From: Candidatus Bathyarchaeia archaeon
Lineage (GTDB): Archaea > Thermoproteota > Bathyarchaeia > Bathyarchaeales > Bathycorpusculaceae
NCBI GenBank assembly: GCA_049515895.1
Contig: JBEKTQ010000004.1
Span: 1 to 64,000, forward strand
Direction of reading: 5' to 3'
DNA length: 64,000 nucleotides
A model generated the notes under the pieces. The model ran no database searches and had not been told where the DNA came from. It worked only from the letters and a program-made list of their open reading frames with translations. Shown one piece after another: positions 19,154 to 29,251 of this stretch; the stretch's first letter is position 1, and each line of letters begins with the position of its first letter. The position numbers were made by a program, and so were the translations under genes.

Positions 19154-20842
19154 ATGCCCACATCTTTCAAATTGCTTTCGGAACTGCTTGAAAAAGTTGA
19201 AGCCACAAGAAAACGGCTTGAAATCATAGATCTGACAGCAAACTACTTGAAAACACTTGAGGCGGAAGAGGTGGAACCTGCGACGAACATGATGGTTGGA
19301 AGAGCCTTTCCAAAGTACAGCCAAAAAACGCTTGACGTCAATTGGTCAACGCTGACCCGAGTCTTAGAATGCATCAGCAAATTCGACTGGAAGCTTTTCC
19401 GCCAAGCCATGGCAAGCACAGGCGACATAGGCTCAGCAACAAAAACCGTCCTTGAACAGGCAAAAACACAGAAACAAACGCAACTGACTGAAACAACGCT
19501 AACCCTTACCGAAGTTAAGCGGGCACTGGAAGCTATCGCTCAAACGTCCGGTGAAGGAGCAAGAACCAGGAAAGAACGTCTAATGACCTCACTCATGAGC
19601 CAAACCACACCAGTTGAAGCCAAGTACCTCGTCAAAATTTTCACAGGCGAAATGCGCACGGGACTTCAAGAAGGCTTGATGGAGCAAGCCGTAGCTAAAG
19701 CTTTCCAAGTTCCAGTGCAGTGTGTGCAGCATGCAAGCATGGTTTTAGGCGACATCGGGGAGGTTGCAGCGATACTAAAAGCCACGGGGGCCGAGGGCTT
19801 AGAACAAGCCTCCTTCACAGTTTTCAGACCAGTTAAGCTCATGCTTGCCCAAACTGCCCAGACTGTGAAAGAAGCATTGGATACGCAAGGTTGCAGGACA
19901 GCTTTTGAATACAAGTATGACGGGGCAAGGGTTCAAATTCACAAGCAAAATGAAGTAATCCAAGTTTTCAGCCGAAGATTAACTAACGTGACAGAAAGCC
20001 TTCCGGAAATCGTTGAAACAGTGCATCTTAATATCAAGGCGCAGTCAGCAATAGTTGAAGGCGAAGTCGTCGCGCTCAACAGCGCAGGCTATCCAATAGC
20101 TTTTCAGCACTTGATGCGACGCTTCAAACGGATCCGCAATGTCACCGACATGGCCAAGAAGATCCCTTTGGCTCTTTACTTGTTCGACATTCTATACGTT
20201 GACGGAAAAAGCCTAATCACTATGCCCTACACCCAGCGAAGGCAAATCCTCGCAGAAAACGCAGGCCAAATCCCCATGAGCAAGCAAATCGTTACTGAAA
20301 AAGTCGAGGAGGCAGAGGATTTCCTTAAAGAAGCCATAGCCGCGGGTCAAGAAGGATTAATGGCGAAGAAGCTTGACAGTCAGTATACACCCGGAAGCAG
20401 AGGAAAAAAATGGCTGAAAATTAAAACAATCCTTGAACCATTAGACCTCGTGATAACAGCCGCCGAGTACGGCTACGGTCGGCGCAAAGGCTGGCTTTCG
20501 GACTACTACCTTGCAGCGAGAGACCCAGAGACTGGCGGTTTTTTGGAGGTTGGTAAAACTTTCAAGGGCTTAACCGATGCCGAAATAATTGGGATGACAA
20601 AGCAACTTAAAGAATCCGTCATCGCGGAAGAGGGTCATCGAGTAATCGTTATCCCGAAAGTCGTCGTTGAGGTGGCGTATAACGAAATACAGTGGAGCCC
20701 CAAATACAGGAGCCAAATGGCGCTTCGGTTTGCCCGGATAAGCCGCATCCGTGAAGACAAGACACCGCAAGAAGCTGACACTATCGTCAAAGTCAAGGAA
20801 ATTTACGAAAAGCAGTTCCTGCAAAAGGGCAAGTTTGCATAA
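19154..20842 (+). CDS. lig: ATP-dependent DNA ligase
   Basis: Motif I EYKYDG, EGEV, LFDILY, EGLMAK, WLKIK, LRFAR; N-terminal DNA-binding domain. Confidence 0.97.
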   Translation: MPTSFKLLSELLEKVEATRKRLEIIDLTANYLKTLEAEEVEPATNMMVGRAFPKYSQKTLDVNWSTLTRVLECISKFDWKLFRQAMASTGDIGSATKTVLEQAKTQKQTQLTETTLTLTEVKRALEAIAQTSGEGARTRKERLMTSLMSQTTPVEAKYLVKIFTGEMRTGLQEGLMEQAVAKAFQVPVQCVQHASMVLGDIGEVAAILKATGAEGLEQASFTVFRPVKLMLAQTAQTVKEALDTQGCRTAFEYKYDGARVQIHKQNEVIQVFSRRLTNVTESLPEIVETVHLNIKAQSAIVEGEVVALNSAGYPIAFQHLMRRFKRIRNVTDMAKKIPLALYLFDILYVDGKSLITMPYTQRRQILAENAGQIPMSKQIVTEKVEEAEDFLKEAIAAGQEGLMAKKLDSQYTPGSRGKKWLKIKTILEPLDLVITAAEYGYGRRKGWLSDYYLAARDPETGGFLEVGKTFKGLTDAEIIGMTKQLKESVIAEEGHRVIVIPKVVVEVAYNEIQWSPKYRSQMALRFARISRIREDKTPQEADTIVKVKEIYEKQFLQKGKFA

Positions 20843-20864
20843 GTTCACGATAGTCCAAAATCAG

Positions 20865-21100
20865 AAGTTTACGAAAGTATTTGCCCTCTGTCAAGGAAGC
20901 CGCCGCCAGCACCGTAACTCCTATTGGGCGAGGAGTTTCAACCCTTCAAAGGAGAAAGAAGAGTTGATTTGGGGATTGGGTTTGGGCTTTTTTACTGGCG
21001 GCGGCTTTGCGTGTGAGTGTTATTTGTTTGATGCTGCTTGGCTCGTTTTGGTTGCTCTTTTTTCTTTTGTTTGATTAGCTACTACTGCGAGTAGTAACGA
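20865..21100 (-). ncRNA. Putative structured non-coding RNA of unknown class
   Basis: Perfect 13-bp inverted repeat (20897-20909 / 20995-21007) enclosing two hairpins, plus a 5' hairpin at 21078-21098. Mismatches read as G-U only on the minus strand. BRE/TATA lies upstream and there is no ATG. Ends are approximate. Confidence 0.55.
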
Positions 21101-21121
21101 TAGTGTTTGACCGTAACTTTT

Positions 21122-21138
21122 TACTTAAACCTTTTTCC
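21122..21138 (-). promoter_or_regulatory. BRE + TATA box for the putative ncRNA
   Basis: Minus strand reads GGAAAAAGG-TTTAAGTA, about 23 nt upstream of the first hairpin. Confidence 0.55.
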
Positions 21139-21290
21139 AAATAACACCCTTTTTATTACTTAATCTCGCAAGGTGGACCAAAAAGAAAGTAACAACCAAA
21201 TGGGACATATGCAAAGCAATTCGATTAGCTTGGTAATTAAAGGCAAATATACCACCTGAAACAAAATTCACTTTGGGAACGGTTAAGAAA

Positions 21291-22319
21291 ATGGCAGGAA
21301 AGGAAGACTTCGCTACAGATTTCTACAGTCGCCAAGTCAAAATGAAAGAACTGGGCGAAAAAGGTCAGCAGCGTTTGTGCAAATCCAAAGTTGCAGTGGT
21401 CGGCGTAGGCGGGCTGGGCACGGTTTCTTCGCTGTATCTCGCGCTGGCTGGGGTTGGTTACATGCGTTTAATTGACCAAGACACGATTGAAACGCAGAAT
21501 CTTCATCGCCAAATCCTGTACACCCCGGCTGATTTGCATTACCCGAAGGCTGAAGTCGCCGCGAGACGCCTGCAGGAAGTCAATCCGATGGTTAAATGTG
21601 AGGCTTTCACTGAGAACGTGAATGCAAGCAATGTGGAAAGACTTTTGCAGGGCGCGAATTGTGTGGTTGATGGTTTAGATAATATGGTGACCCGCTACCT
21701 TGTTAACCGTGCCTGTGTAAAGCTAAAGATCCCTTACGTTTTTGGAGCAGCAATCGGTATTGAAGGGAACCTTTCAGTCTTTGAGCCTCCCGAAACGGGA
21801 TGCTTAGAATGTTTAATGCCGAACCTCTCCGACAATGATTTGCTAACATGCGCAACGCGTGGAGTAATCGGAGCAACACCGGGAACAATCGGCGCTCTGC
21901 AGGCGATGGAAACCATAAAATTGTTGGCTGGGATCGGCTCAAGCTTGAAGGGTAAATTGCTTGTGTGCGATTTCAGCGATATGGATTTTACCGCAATTGA
22001 GATTTCGAAAAGCACTCGGTGTCCCGTCTGCCACGGCGATTTGTCTTCGGTCGCTGGCGGCGAAAGGCTTGTTTGGCTTTGCGGACGAGATACAGCTAAC
22101 ATTAACCCTGAAAAACCCTTGCGTCTAAACCTTGATGAAGTTTACTCAGCCGTTAACAAGCAGTTCAACGTTCGCTTGAAGTCTCGTCTGGCTCTTATGT
22201 TCAATTATAACGGTTACGAAGTTAGCCTCTTCAACGGGGGAAGAATGCTGATAAAGGGAGTAATCGATGAACAAAAGGCGTTGGTAGTTTATCGGGAAAT
22301 ACTCAAAAAAATAGTTTAA
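21291..22319 (+). CDS. moeB: HesA/MoeB/ThiF family E1-like adenylyltransferase
   Basis: YSRQ, GVGGLG, D.D....NLHRQ, CLEC, TC...GV, CPVC, and a C-terminal LCGRD domain. Confidence 0.88.
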   Translation: MAGKEDFATDFYSRQVKMKELGEKGQQRLCKSKVAVVGVGGLGTVSSLYLALAGVGYMRLIDQDTIETQNLHRQILYTPADLHYPKAEVAARRLQEVNPMVKCEAFTENVNASNVERLLQGANCVVDGLDNMVTRYLVNRACVKLKIPYVFGAAIGIEGNLSVFEPPETGCLECLMPNLSDNDLLTCATRGVIGATPGTIGALQAMETIKLLAGIGSSLKGKLLVCDFSDMDFTAIEISKSTRCPVCHGDLSSVAGGERLVWLCGRDTANINPEKPLRLNLDEVYSAVNKQFNVRLKSRLALMFNYNGYEVSLFNGGRMLIKGVIDEQKALVVYREILKKIV

Positions 22320-23548
22320 GCTTTAGGCGTTAACGCGTGAACTAACTGCTTTGTATCTATTATCCAACAATCAATGATCCTTAGGTTTTCCTGAAGCTTT
22401 TTTGGGTCTTTCTCAAAACCTTTGAGTTGTTCTTGCTGGTGTTCGTAGTAGGCGGCTAACAGTTTCAAAGGTTCAACGTACTCTGTTGTTGAATTTTTTG
22501 CTTTCAAGTCATCTCCTAAAGCCTTAATCGTTGCAAACATTTCGTCAATTGACAATCCGGTGTTCTTCTTGAAGTCTCTGGCAACCCATTGTCTTTCAAA
22601 CAGATTACGTTTCTTCCATCCTTCAGATTGCTCAGAGTAAGTTTTCGAAACCATTTTGTATAGCTCCGATATCGTTCGGTTTTCAATCGGCTTAATGTAT
22701 TGCGCGTCTTTTGGTGATTTTTGTTCTTGTTCTTGACTTGTTTCTTGCTCAGTTACAGGTATTTCTGCCTCTCGTAAAACTTGAATAGAGCTTGTCTCTT
22801 GACCATGATACCTTTTGGCAAGGGCAATAGCTATTGCAAAGCCTGCGCCAGCAGCTTCAGGCGAAATCTGCGCATTTTTGTTCAATTCGAAGAGTTCATC
22901 CAAACTCATGCCCATAAATGCTGCAACTTTTCTTCCGCCTTCAATAAACCCGGGCGTGCGGGAAATTCCAGGACCAATAGTGAAAGCGTAAACTCCGGTG
23001 CCTTCAACTTCAGCAGCGACAGTGTTTGCCAATTCGACTTGTGCCGTTTTGAAAACCTCGTAAGGCCCCATGAACGGTGCAGCGCCTGAGGATGAAACGC
23101 AGACGAATACGCCATGTTTGCGTTCTATCATTGCTGGAAGGAATTTTCTTGCCAAAAGAACAGGGCCTCTTAAATTAACACGGTAACTAAAATCCCAAGA
23201 ATCAACTGTTGTGTCCTTAACAGCACTAATTGGGAATACTGTGGCGTTATTTAGAACTATGTCGACCTTACCAAACTTTTTCATCGCAGTTTCGGCGAGT
23301 TTATCAATGTCTTTTTCATTGCCAATATCAGTCTTCACAAAAAGCGCTTCACCTGTTCCGAACTCTCTTTTGATGCTTTCTTCGGCGGCTTTGCCATTTG
23401 GTTCGTTGATTTCAGCGATAATTACATTTGCGCCAAGCCAAGCAAGGGCTTTTGCCGCTTCATAGCCGATTCCGCGTCCAGCCCCAGTCACCAGTGCAAC
23501 TTCATTTATTAGAGAATCCTTTTTTACGTTGGACTTCTCGATTATCAT
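22316..23548 (-). CDS. Short-chain dehydrogenase/reductase with C-terminal helical extension
   Basis: TGAGRGIG, LNNA, VSS, YEVFK (YxxxK). Confidence 0.85.
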   Translation of the reverse strand: MIIEKSNVKKDSLINEVALVTGAGRGIGYEAAKALAWLGANVIIAEINEPNGKAAEESIKREFGTGEALFVKTDIGNEKDIDKLAETAMKKFGKVDIVLNNATVFPISAVKDTTVDSWDFSYRVNLRGPVLLARKFLPAMIERKHGVFVCVSSSGAAPFMGPYEVFKTAQVELANTVAAEVEGTGVYAFTIGPGISRTPGFIEGGRKVAAFMGMSLDELFELNKNAQISPEAAGAGFAIAIALAKRYHGQETSSIQVLREAEIPVTEQETSQEQEQKSPKDAQYIKPIENRTISELYKMVSKTYSEQSEGWKKRNLFERQWVARDFKKNTGLSIDEMFATIKALGDDLKAKNSTTEYVEPLKLLAAYYEHQQEQLKGFEKDPKKLQENLRIIDCWIIDTKQLVHALTPKA

Positions 23549-23601
23549 TTTGCCGCACTCTCAAGTTTCGGGATGTTACATAATTAGTTTACCGCTTTCA
23601 T

Positions 23602-24945
23602 TTAAAAAACTTTAAAGCCGGCACTCAGCTCCGCCCACAAAACAAGCGAAGCCACGGCAACTTGCGCTATTGACAGCACCGAGCCAACTTTAAGGTACTC
23701 TTTAAGACCAATGCTAACCCCCTTACGCTTCATTGTCTCCAGCCATATCACGATTGCCAATGATCCCAGCGGGAAAAAGTGAGGACCTAGGTTGTTTCCG
23801 ATGATGTTGCTGAAAATCAGTCCTGTCAAGGCGGATCCAGAGGCTCCTATGTGCTGGATGCTTAGCAAGCCGAGAATTGTCATGGGCCAATTGTTCATGA
23901 AGCTTGCTCCGACAGTGACAACCGTGCTTGGCACAAAAATCCCTAGTGCTGAGGGCAACTTGCTCGTTGTCAGAAGTGCCGAGGCTAACAAGTTTGTGAT
24001 GCCAGCGGTTTCGAGCCCTTGGACGACTAGAAAAATGCTGAACATGAATAGCACAATGTCCCAGTTGATGTCTTTCGCCAGGTCGAGGAGCCCTTTTTTC
24101 TCGCCGTTTGCTGAGCCGTTCCACTTTAGCGTAAACCAGTAAATCGCTACCAGAAAAACCGTCCCGCTGCAAATAACTATTGAAACTGGGAACCGATTCA
24201 GAGAAGTCAGCACGTAACCGATGTCGATTGCAACCAGTGTAGCCAAGCTTATCCTCAAAAGAAGGGGCGAAATAACTGTTTTGCCTTTGGTTAAAGGGTC
24301 TGCTGTTTCCATGTCATAGGTTTTGGGAATCTGTTTTCTGAAGAACAGGTAAAACAAAAGTAAACTGCTCAGAATTGTTGCAACTGCTACTGGTCCCATG
24401 AAAACTAAGTGGTCAGTGAAGCTGTATTTGAAGAAATCAGCGCTTAGAATGTTGATTGGGTTGCTCGTAATCAGGGGCATAGCGGCTGTATCCGCCATCA
24501 AGCCTGCACTGAAGAGATATGCTATCTTACTCTTTGAGTCGATGCCCAAGCAAGTTACAATTTCCAGGACGATTGGAGTCAAAATCAAAACTGCGCTGTC
24601 ATTCGCAAAAAGGATACTTACGGCCGCGGTCAGCAGCGTAATGTAGAAGAAAAGCCTCAGGCCATTGCCGCCGGCCATATTAACCACACGCAGAGCAGCC
24701 CACTTGAAGAATCCTATCGTATCCAACGTTACGGACAGCGCAACTATTCCAAGGAACGCTAACGCTGCATCCTAAATGTTGAGAAAAGACTGTGCAGCCT
24801 GCCCTAAACTGACCGTTCCGAGGAGAAGCGAGGCAGCGGCGCCGATTCCCGCCGCGTAGCCCAGCCGCAAACCGAAGGGGCGTTTAATCATAAGTAAAAG
24901 CGTTACTATGAAGACGGCTACTGCAGCAACAGTGACGTATTCCAT
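23602..24945 (-). pseudogene. arsB: ArsB-family (ArsB/NhaD) transporter interrupted by an in-frame TAG at codon 58
   Basis: From ATG 24945 the frame reads MEYVTVAAVAVFIVTLLLMIKRP...SFLNI*DAALAFLGIVALSVTLDTIGFFKW and continues in frame with FANDSAVLILTP, SNPINI, MNNWP, GNNLGP..P.GSLA. The TAG is at 24774-24772. Confidence 0.8.
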
Positions 24946-25063
24946 GTTTCTTGCTCGCGTTGTTTAGGAAAGCGTTGCCTTTAGGTATAAAAAATTAGCT
25001 AAGCCTACAACACAGAAACCGAAGGGATGTATAGAGACAAAAAACAAAGAAATAGGGAGAAGC

Positions 25064-26131
25064 TTATTCTTGCTTCTTCTGTTTTCGCGGTCGTAGCGAG
25101 CGGACGGTTGCGCCTGCACGCCACATTTCACTGTTGCCCATCGCTTTAAGTTCGTCAGCTAGTCTTTGGCGGTAGTCGGGTGCTTTGCTCTTTTCCAGAA
25201 CAATGCGTGTTTCTTCCCCTGCAGCAACAAGATCGTAGAGCGAGTCAAACACTGGTTGAGTAGCTTGACGGAACCGAGGTCTCCAGCGTAATGCGCCGAT
25301 GCGTGCCGTTTCGCTGCAGTTGCAGTACATCCAGTCCATCCCATTCTCGTCGACTAAGCGTATTAGGCTCTGGGTCAGTTCTTCGACGGTTTCGTTGAAG
25401 GCTTCGCTTGGGCTGTGTCCGCGTTCACGCAGAGTGTTATATTGTGCTTCCATTATTCCTGCGAGCGCGCCCATTAAGACTCCTCGTTCGCCTGTTAGGT
25501 CACTGTAAACTTCTTTCTCAAACGTTGTTGGAAATAGGTAGCCTGCACCGATTGCGATTCCCATGGCTTTGGCGCGGTCCATTGCTTTGCCAGTTGCATC
25601 CTGGCCAACAGCAAAGCTGCAGTTTATGCCAGTTCCATCAACAAAGTTTCTTCGTACGCTTGTGCCTGAACCTTTAGGGGCGACTAGAATTACGTCAACG
25701 TCTCTTGGAGGGATGACGCCTGTTTGCTCCTTGTAAACAATGCTAAAGCCGTGGCTGAAGTATAGTGCATCGCCTGGCTTGAGAGTTGCCTTGATTTTTG
25801 GCCAAACCATTTTTTGTCCAGCGTCGGTGAGAAGAAACATTTTGATTGTTCCTTTTTTGGCTGCTTCTTCCATGGGGAAGAGGTTTTCGCCTGATTTCCA
25901 GCCGTCTGCGACTGCTTTGTCCCATTCTTTCTTGAAAACTCCTTCTTTTTCCTGTCCAATTATTACTTTTACTCCGTTGTCCCGCATGTTTAGTGATTGA
26001 GCTTGGCCTTGAATACCGTAGCCAAGTGAAACAACGACTTCGTTCTTTAGGATTTTTTGGGCTTGCGCCACTGTAAACTCTTTACGGGTAATGACATCTT
26101 CCATAACGCCACCGAAATCCATTTTCACCAT
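25064..26131 (-). CDS. ilvC: Ketol-acid reductoisomerase
   Basis: GYGIQG.AQSLN.RD.G, FSHGF, VAPKGSG, SDLTGER..LMG, EAFNETVEE. Confidence 0.95.
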   Translation of the reverse strand: MVKMDFGGVMEDVITRKEFTVAQAQKILKNEVVVSLGYGIQGQAQSLNMRDNGVKVIIGQEKEGVFKKEWDKAVADGWKSGENLFPMEEAAKKGTIKMFLLTDAGQKMVWPKIKATLKPGDALYFSHGFSIVYKEQTGVIPPRDVDVILVAPKGSGTSVRRNFVDGTGINCSFAVGQDATGKAMDRAKAMGIAIGAGYLFPTTFEKEVYSDLTGERGVLMGALAGIMEAQYNTLRERGHSPSEAFNETVEELTQSLIRLVDENGMDWMYCNCSETARIGALRWRPRFRQATQPVFDSLYDLVAAGEETRIVLEKSKAPDYRQRLADELKAMGNSEMWRAGATVRSLRPRKQKKQE

Positions 26132-26296
26132 TCATTTTTCCCTCAAACCACAGTCTTTACATAGCGAGGTAATTAAGAATTATGTTGGAAATTCCCTTGA
26201 TAATAATGCTTCAAATGCCCAAGCTGCTGTTCGCTTGAAGCCGAAGACGGGAAATTTAGATTGGAGGATGGGAAGTGTCGATAAATGATTTTAGTC

Positions 26297-27928
26297 CTAT
26301 TTGACAGTTTTAGCAGCAATTCTAATTATAATAAATACAAGAATTGAAGAGACCTGTTTGTGAAACTCTTTTACCTCCAGATCACCATGAGCAAGTCTAT
26401 TTCTAAAGTTGATCGCATCCCCTTCAACTAGAAATAACTTCATGAAATACTGAAAATCTCGCCCGAAATTTGCCTCAACTTCTTTTAGATTTAATAGCCC
26501 ACCCAATTCTCTACTCTGGATAACTTTCCCTTCAACGCTTGAGACATTAGCACCAATTCCCTTCAAATAATTAAATAGAGTTGCTTCAATCATTGGAACT
26601 AGAATTGATATTGAGGCCACATAATCACCGTTAAAATGGTGATAAAGACCGAAATCAGCGATTTCTAATATGTTGTTATCGATGCAAGAACAGCGGGACA
26701 AAAACTCTTCAATCATAGATGCTGAAAACCGACCTCTCTCTTCAAGACTGTCCGTTATCTCGCTAACGAACCAAATAGTCTCTCTTAGACCCGGTATCAG
26801 TTGTTCGTTCAGCTGAGCCCTTTCTTTGCCTTCGCCTGGTTCCACCTGAATAATCTTATGTCCAGTATCGAGTATAGTATTAAAGATACTTAGCATTGGC
26901 CTAGTTTTTGCTATATCTTTCGCTAATTTTTCACTCTCAGTAACGTTAGGAGCGATTAGTTTGGGTTCATTCGCCAAATTCATCAAAATTGAGATTGAAT
27001 CAATTTGGCTTAATTTATCAACATATTTTCCGATTACTTTTTCTATTCTCTCATAATGTTGTTTAGCCGCCTTTTCAAACTCTTCCAATTGCTCTTTAGG
27101 CAAAGTTATTTCGTTAAGCTCGCTGGAAAAATCAGTCTTTGACAGCATCAATTTTATTTCTTCAGTCTTTTCTTTATTTCCGAAGCGAATGCTGCAATCC
27201 AACGCCGACTCAAGAACTGCAAATTTAATTAGGTTGCTTCCTTTTCCCTTTAAATTCGCCTCTTCGATCCATTTCTCAAGGATTCTATTTTGAAATTTCT
27301 CGACATCAGCATCGTTTTTTAGAAAACGAGCTAAATCTATAGCATCAAATAGAAATGACCTTTGAAAATGGTAAGGGTCTTCGCCTAACTTCCTTTCAGA
27401 GAAATCAACCGCAGTTTCAATTACCTTTTGGATATTCGTTTTCTCGGAACAAAGAAGAAGGTTCTTATACAATTCGATGAGGCGTATTACAGTTATCGTT
27501 GGCTTAGATTCTTTTTCACTGTTCAAGTAATCGATTATCCTGAGTGAGATTGTCTTCAGATTTTCTGTCTGGTTATAAGTTTTATAAATATGGACGGCAT
27601 TTTCAAGCGAATACACAAATGTCCAATACCAGTTCTTATGCAGCGATAGTTTTTCCATCTGCTCAAATTTCTCAGCAGATGCAACACCCTTCTTGAAATT
27701 TTTCTCTATCCTTGACTCTCCATAGAGGTTAATTGCCTCGAATAAGGGACTTCTTTGTAAATCAAGCGTTTTTAAAGACTCAATTCTGCTCGACCATTGG
27801 TCCTTGTTATCTTCTCTTTTGAAAAATGACATGTAGTAACTCTCGGCCATCATAGATAAATGAAAATCTTTAGTTGGGTCAGCCTCGGCGTCTTCGAGCG
27901 CTTGAGATAGAAAATGCTTTTCCGACAT
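26297..27928 (-). CDS. DUF4209-domain protein with C-terminal HEPN-like motif, AT-rich
   Basis: C-terminal G..HHF.GDY..SI.IL.P.IE..L ... FRNRLAHG (R-x4-H). Confidence 0.7.
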   Translation of the reverse strand: MSEKHFLSQALEDAEADPTKDFHLSMMAESYYMSFFKREDNKDQWSSRIESLKTLDLQRSPLFEAINLYGESRIEKNFKKGVASAEKFEQMEKLSLHKNWYWTFVYSLENAVHIYKTYNQTENLKTISLRIIDYLNSEKESKPTITVIRLIELYKNLLLCSEKTNIQKVIETAVDFSERKLGEDPYHFQRSFLFDAIDLARFLKNDADVEKFQNRILEKWIEEANLKGKGSNLIKFAVLESALDCSIRFGNKEKTEEIKLMLSKTDFSSELNEITLPKEQLEEFEKAAKQHYERIEKVIGKYVDKLSQIDSISILMNLANEPKLIAPNVTESEKLAKDIAKTRPMLSIFNTILDTGHKIIQVEPGEGKERAQLNEQLIPGLRETIWFVSEITDSLEERGRFSASMIEEFLSRCSCIDNNILEIADFGLYHHFNGDYVASISILVPMIEATLFNYLKGIGANVSSVEGKVIQSRELGGLLNLKEVEANFGRDFQYFMKLFLVEGDAINFRNRLAHGDLEVKEFHKQVSSILVFIIIRIAAKTVK

Positions 27929-28243
27929 GGTGACCAAAACATAATAGTCCTAGCTTGAAGAAAAAAGTATTGCGCTCAAGGGGTTAGCTATTTGTGTATT
28001 CCTATTTACTGAAGTAATGTTGAAATCTTTGGCAAAGTCGCGCAGTAGATTTCCTTGGTATATTGTGTGGATATCGCGGTGCGCTGAGGCTTGAGAGCTG
28101 AAAGTAATATCAATAATACAGCTTGAGTTTAAAACAAAATTAGTTAAGGATCAAATGGAAAAAAAACAATTATTAAAGTGACCCATATCAAGACCATGAA
28201 TGGGTACTTTAAGTCAAAACTAAATAAGCACGAATTATGGAGC

Positions 28244-28700
28244 TTAACAGCCGTGTCGTTGCAAGAAAAAGATGTATGAATACCTTTGGTTAAAACCGAA
28301 CTTCGGAAGTGTGTCTACTTTCATCGATATCCTAGTATTTGGTCTGACGTTATTTTGCCATACAATGAACAGCAGTGTATCTAATTCCTTTGCCTTCAGT
28401 CTATTTTCCTCTGCAATCGTAGCCATAACTGAATATATTTGTAAAATAGGTGTTTTTGAACCAATCAATCCAACACGTTCCAGTAATCGACAAACATGTA
28501 GGTTAGGTTTGAAAATGTCGAGCCCTAAATTTTTCATCAAGTGAAAAATTGTGATATTGCCAATTCCCTTAAATTTTAACTCTTGAAGAATTCTTGGTGC
28601 CAATATAACCAAATCCAACGTCTCCAGTTATGATAACTCAAGAAAATATCCTTTGAGCCTTCCAATTTGCCATATGTTGAAGTAATTGGCATTCTGTTAG
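28244..28700 (-). pseudogene. Degraded HhH-type DNA glycosylase-like gene
   Basis: Retains FKGIG.IT.FHLM..LG....KP.LHVCRLLER.G...ELD.LLF. There is an upstream stop or frameshift and no intact N-terminus. Confidence 0.5.
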
Positions 28701-28764
28701 TTCAAAAAGTTGTTTCTAAAATCTTTTAAGTAAGAAAAGGATATCTCAATTACTGGAAAATTTT

Positions 28765-29190
28765 ATGCTACATTCTTTCAGAGTAACTCAGACTCGAATT
28801 GTAGATTGGATTCTTGGATTAGTTGGTGTTTTATTGATGCTGATAGGTTTACCACTGGCTTCTTTTTCAACAGGTTCTTTTTACCCATACCTACCACTGG
28901 GTATGTGTTTGATTATTCTCGGTTTCGGTTTCATTCTTTTGCTTGCTGCTTTCAATAATCAAAAGTTGAGTTTGCGTCAGACTCAAATATGTTTAGGGTT
29001 TTGCGGCCAGGCTCTTTTGGGAATAGTTGCATTCGCAATACCACTAGCTCCTTCCGTTACTTATCCACTAATTCCGCCTTTCACTTCCTCGCCTTTCAAT
29101 CTTCGCACTTATTCAATTATCCTTGGCATTTTAGGCATCACCATTTCATTGACAAGCATTATCATGATTAGTAATTCTGACAAAAAATAG
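28765..29190 (+). CDS. Hypothetical 4-TM membrane protein
   Basis: Four hydrophobic segments in 141 aa. Confidence 0.55.
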   Translation: MLHSFRVTQTRIVDWILGLVGVLLMLIGLPLASFSTGSFYPYLPLGMCLIILGFGFILLLAAFNNQKLSLRQTQICLGFCGQALLGIVAFAIPLAPSVTYPLIPPFTSSPFNLRTYSIILGILGITISLTSIIMISNSDKK

Positions 29191-29251
29191 CCCTCTTCCG
29201 AGAATACCTCTGCCACATCATATCATGGTAAAATTTGGAGACCTGAAAAAT

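Noticed and set aside
20888-20904. CTGTCAAGGAAGCCGCC resembles SRP RNA helix 8
   Set aside because: The GGUCC-GGAA tetraloop arm is missing and no Alu domain is visible.
20969-20987. G-quadruplex candidate GGGGATTGGGTTTGGG
   Set aside because: Only three tracts of three or more G.
20751-21074. 107-aa plus-strand ORF covering the structured intergenic region
   Set aside because: It overlaps the lig 3' end out of frame and has no recognisable motif; the stems and promoter favour a minus-strand RNA.
20911-21118. 9-bp direct repeat ACCGTAACT (20911 and 21110) as a target-site duplication
   Set aside because: No terminal inverted repeats lie inside it, and the 13-bp stem extends beyond the left copy.
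23602-24945. Genome-wide TAG recoding to pyrrolysine
   Set aside because: Several conserved genes in the window end in TAG at their expected lengths, and no pyl genes are in the window.
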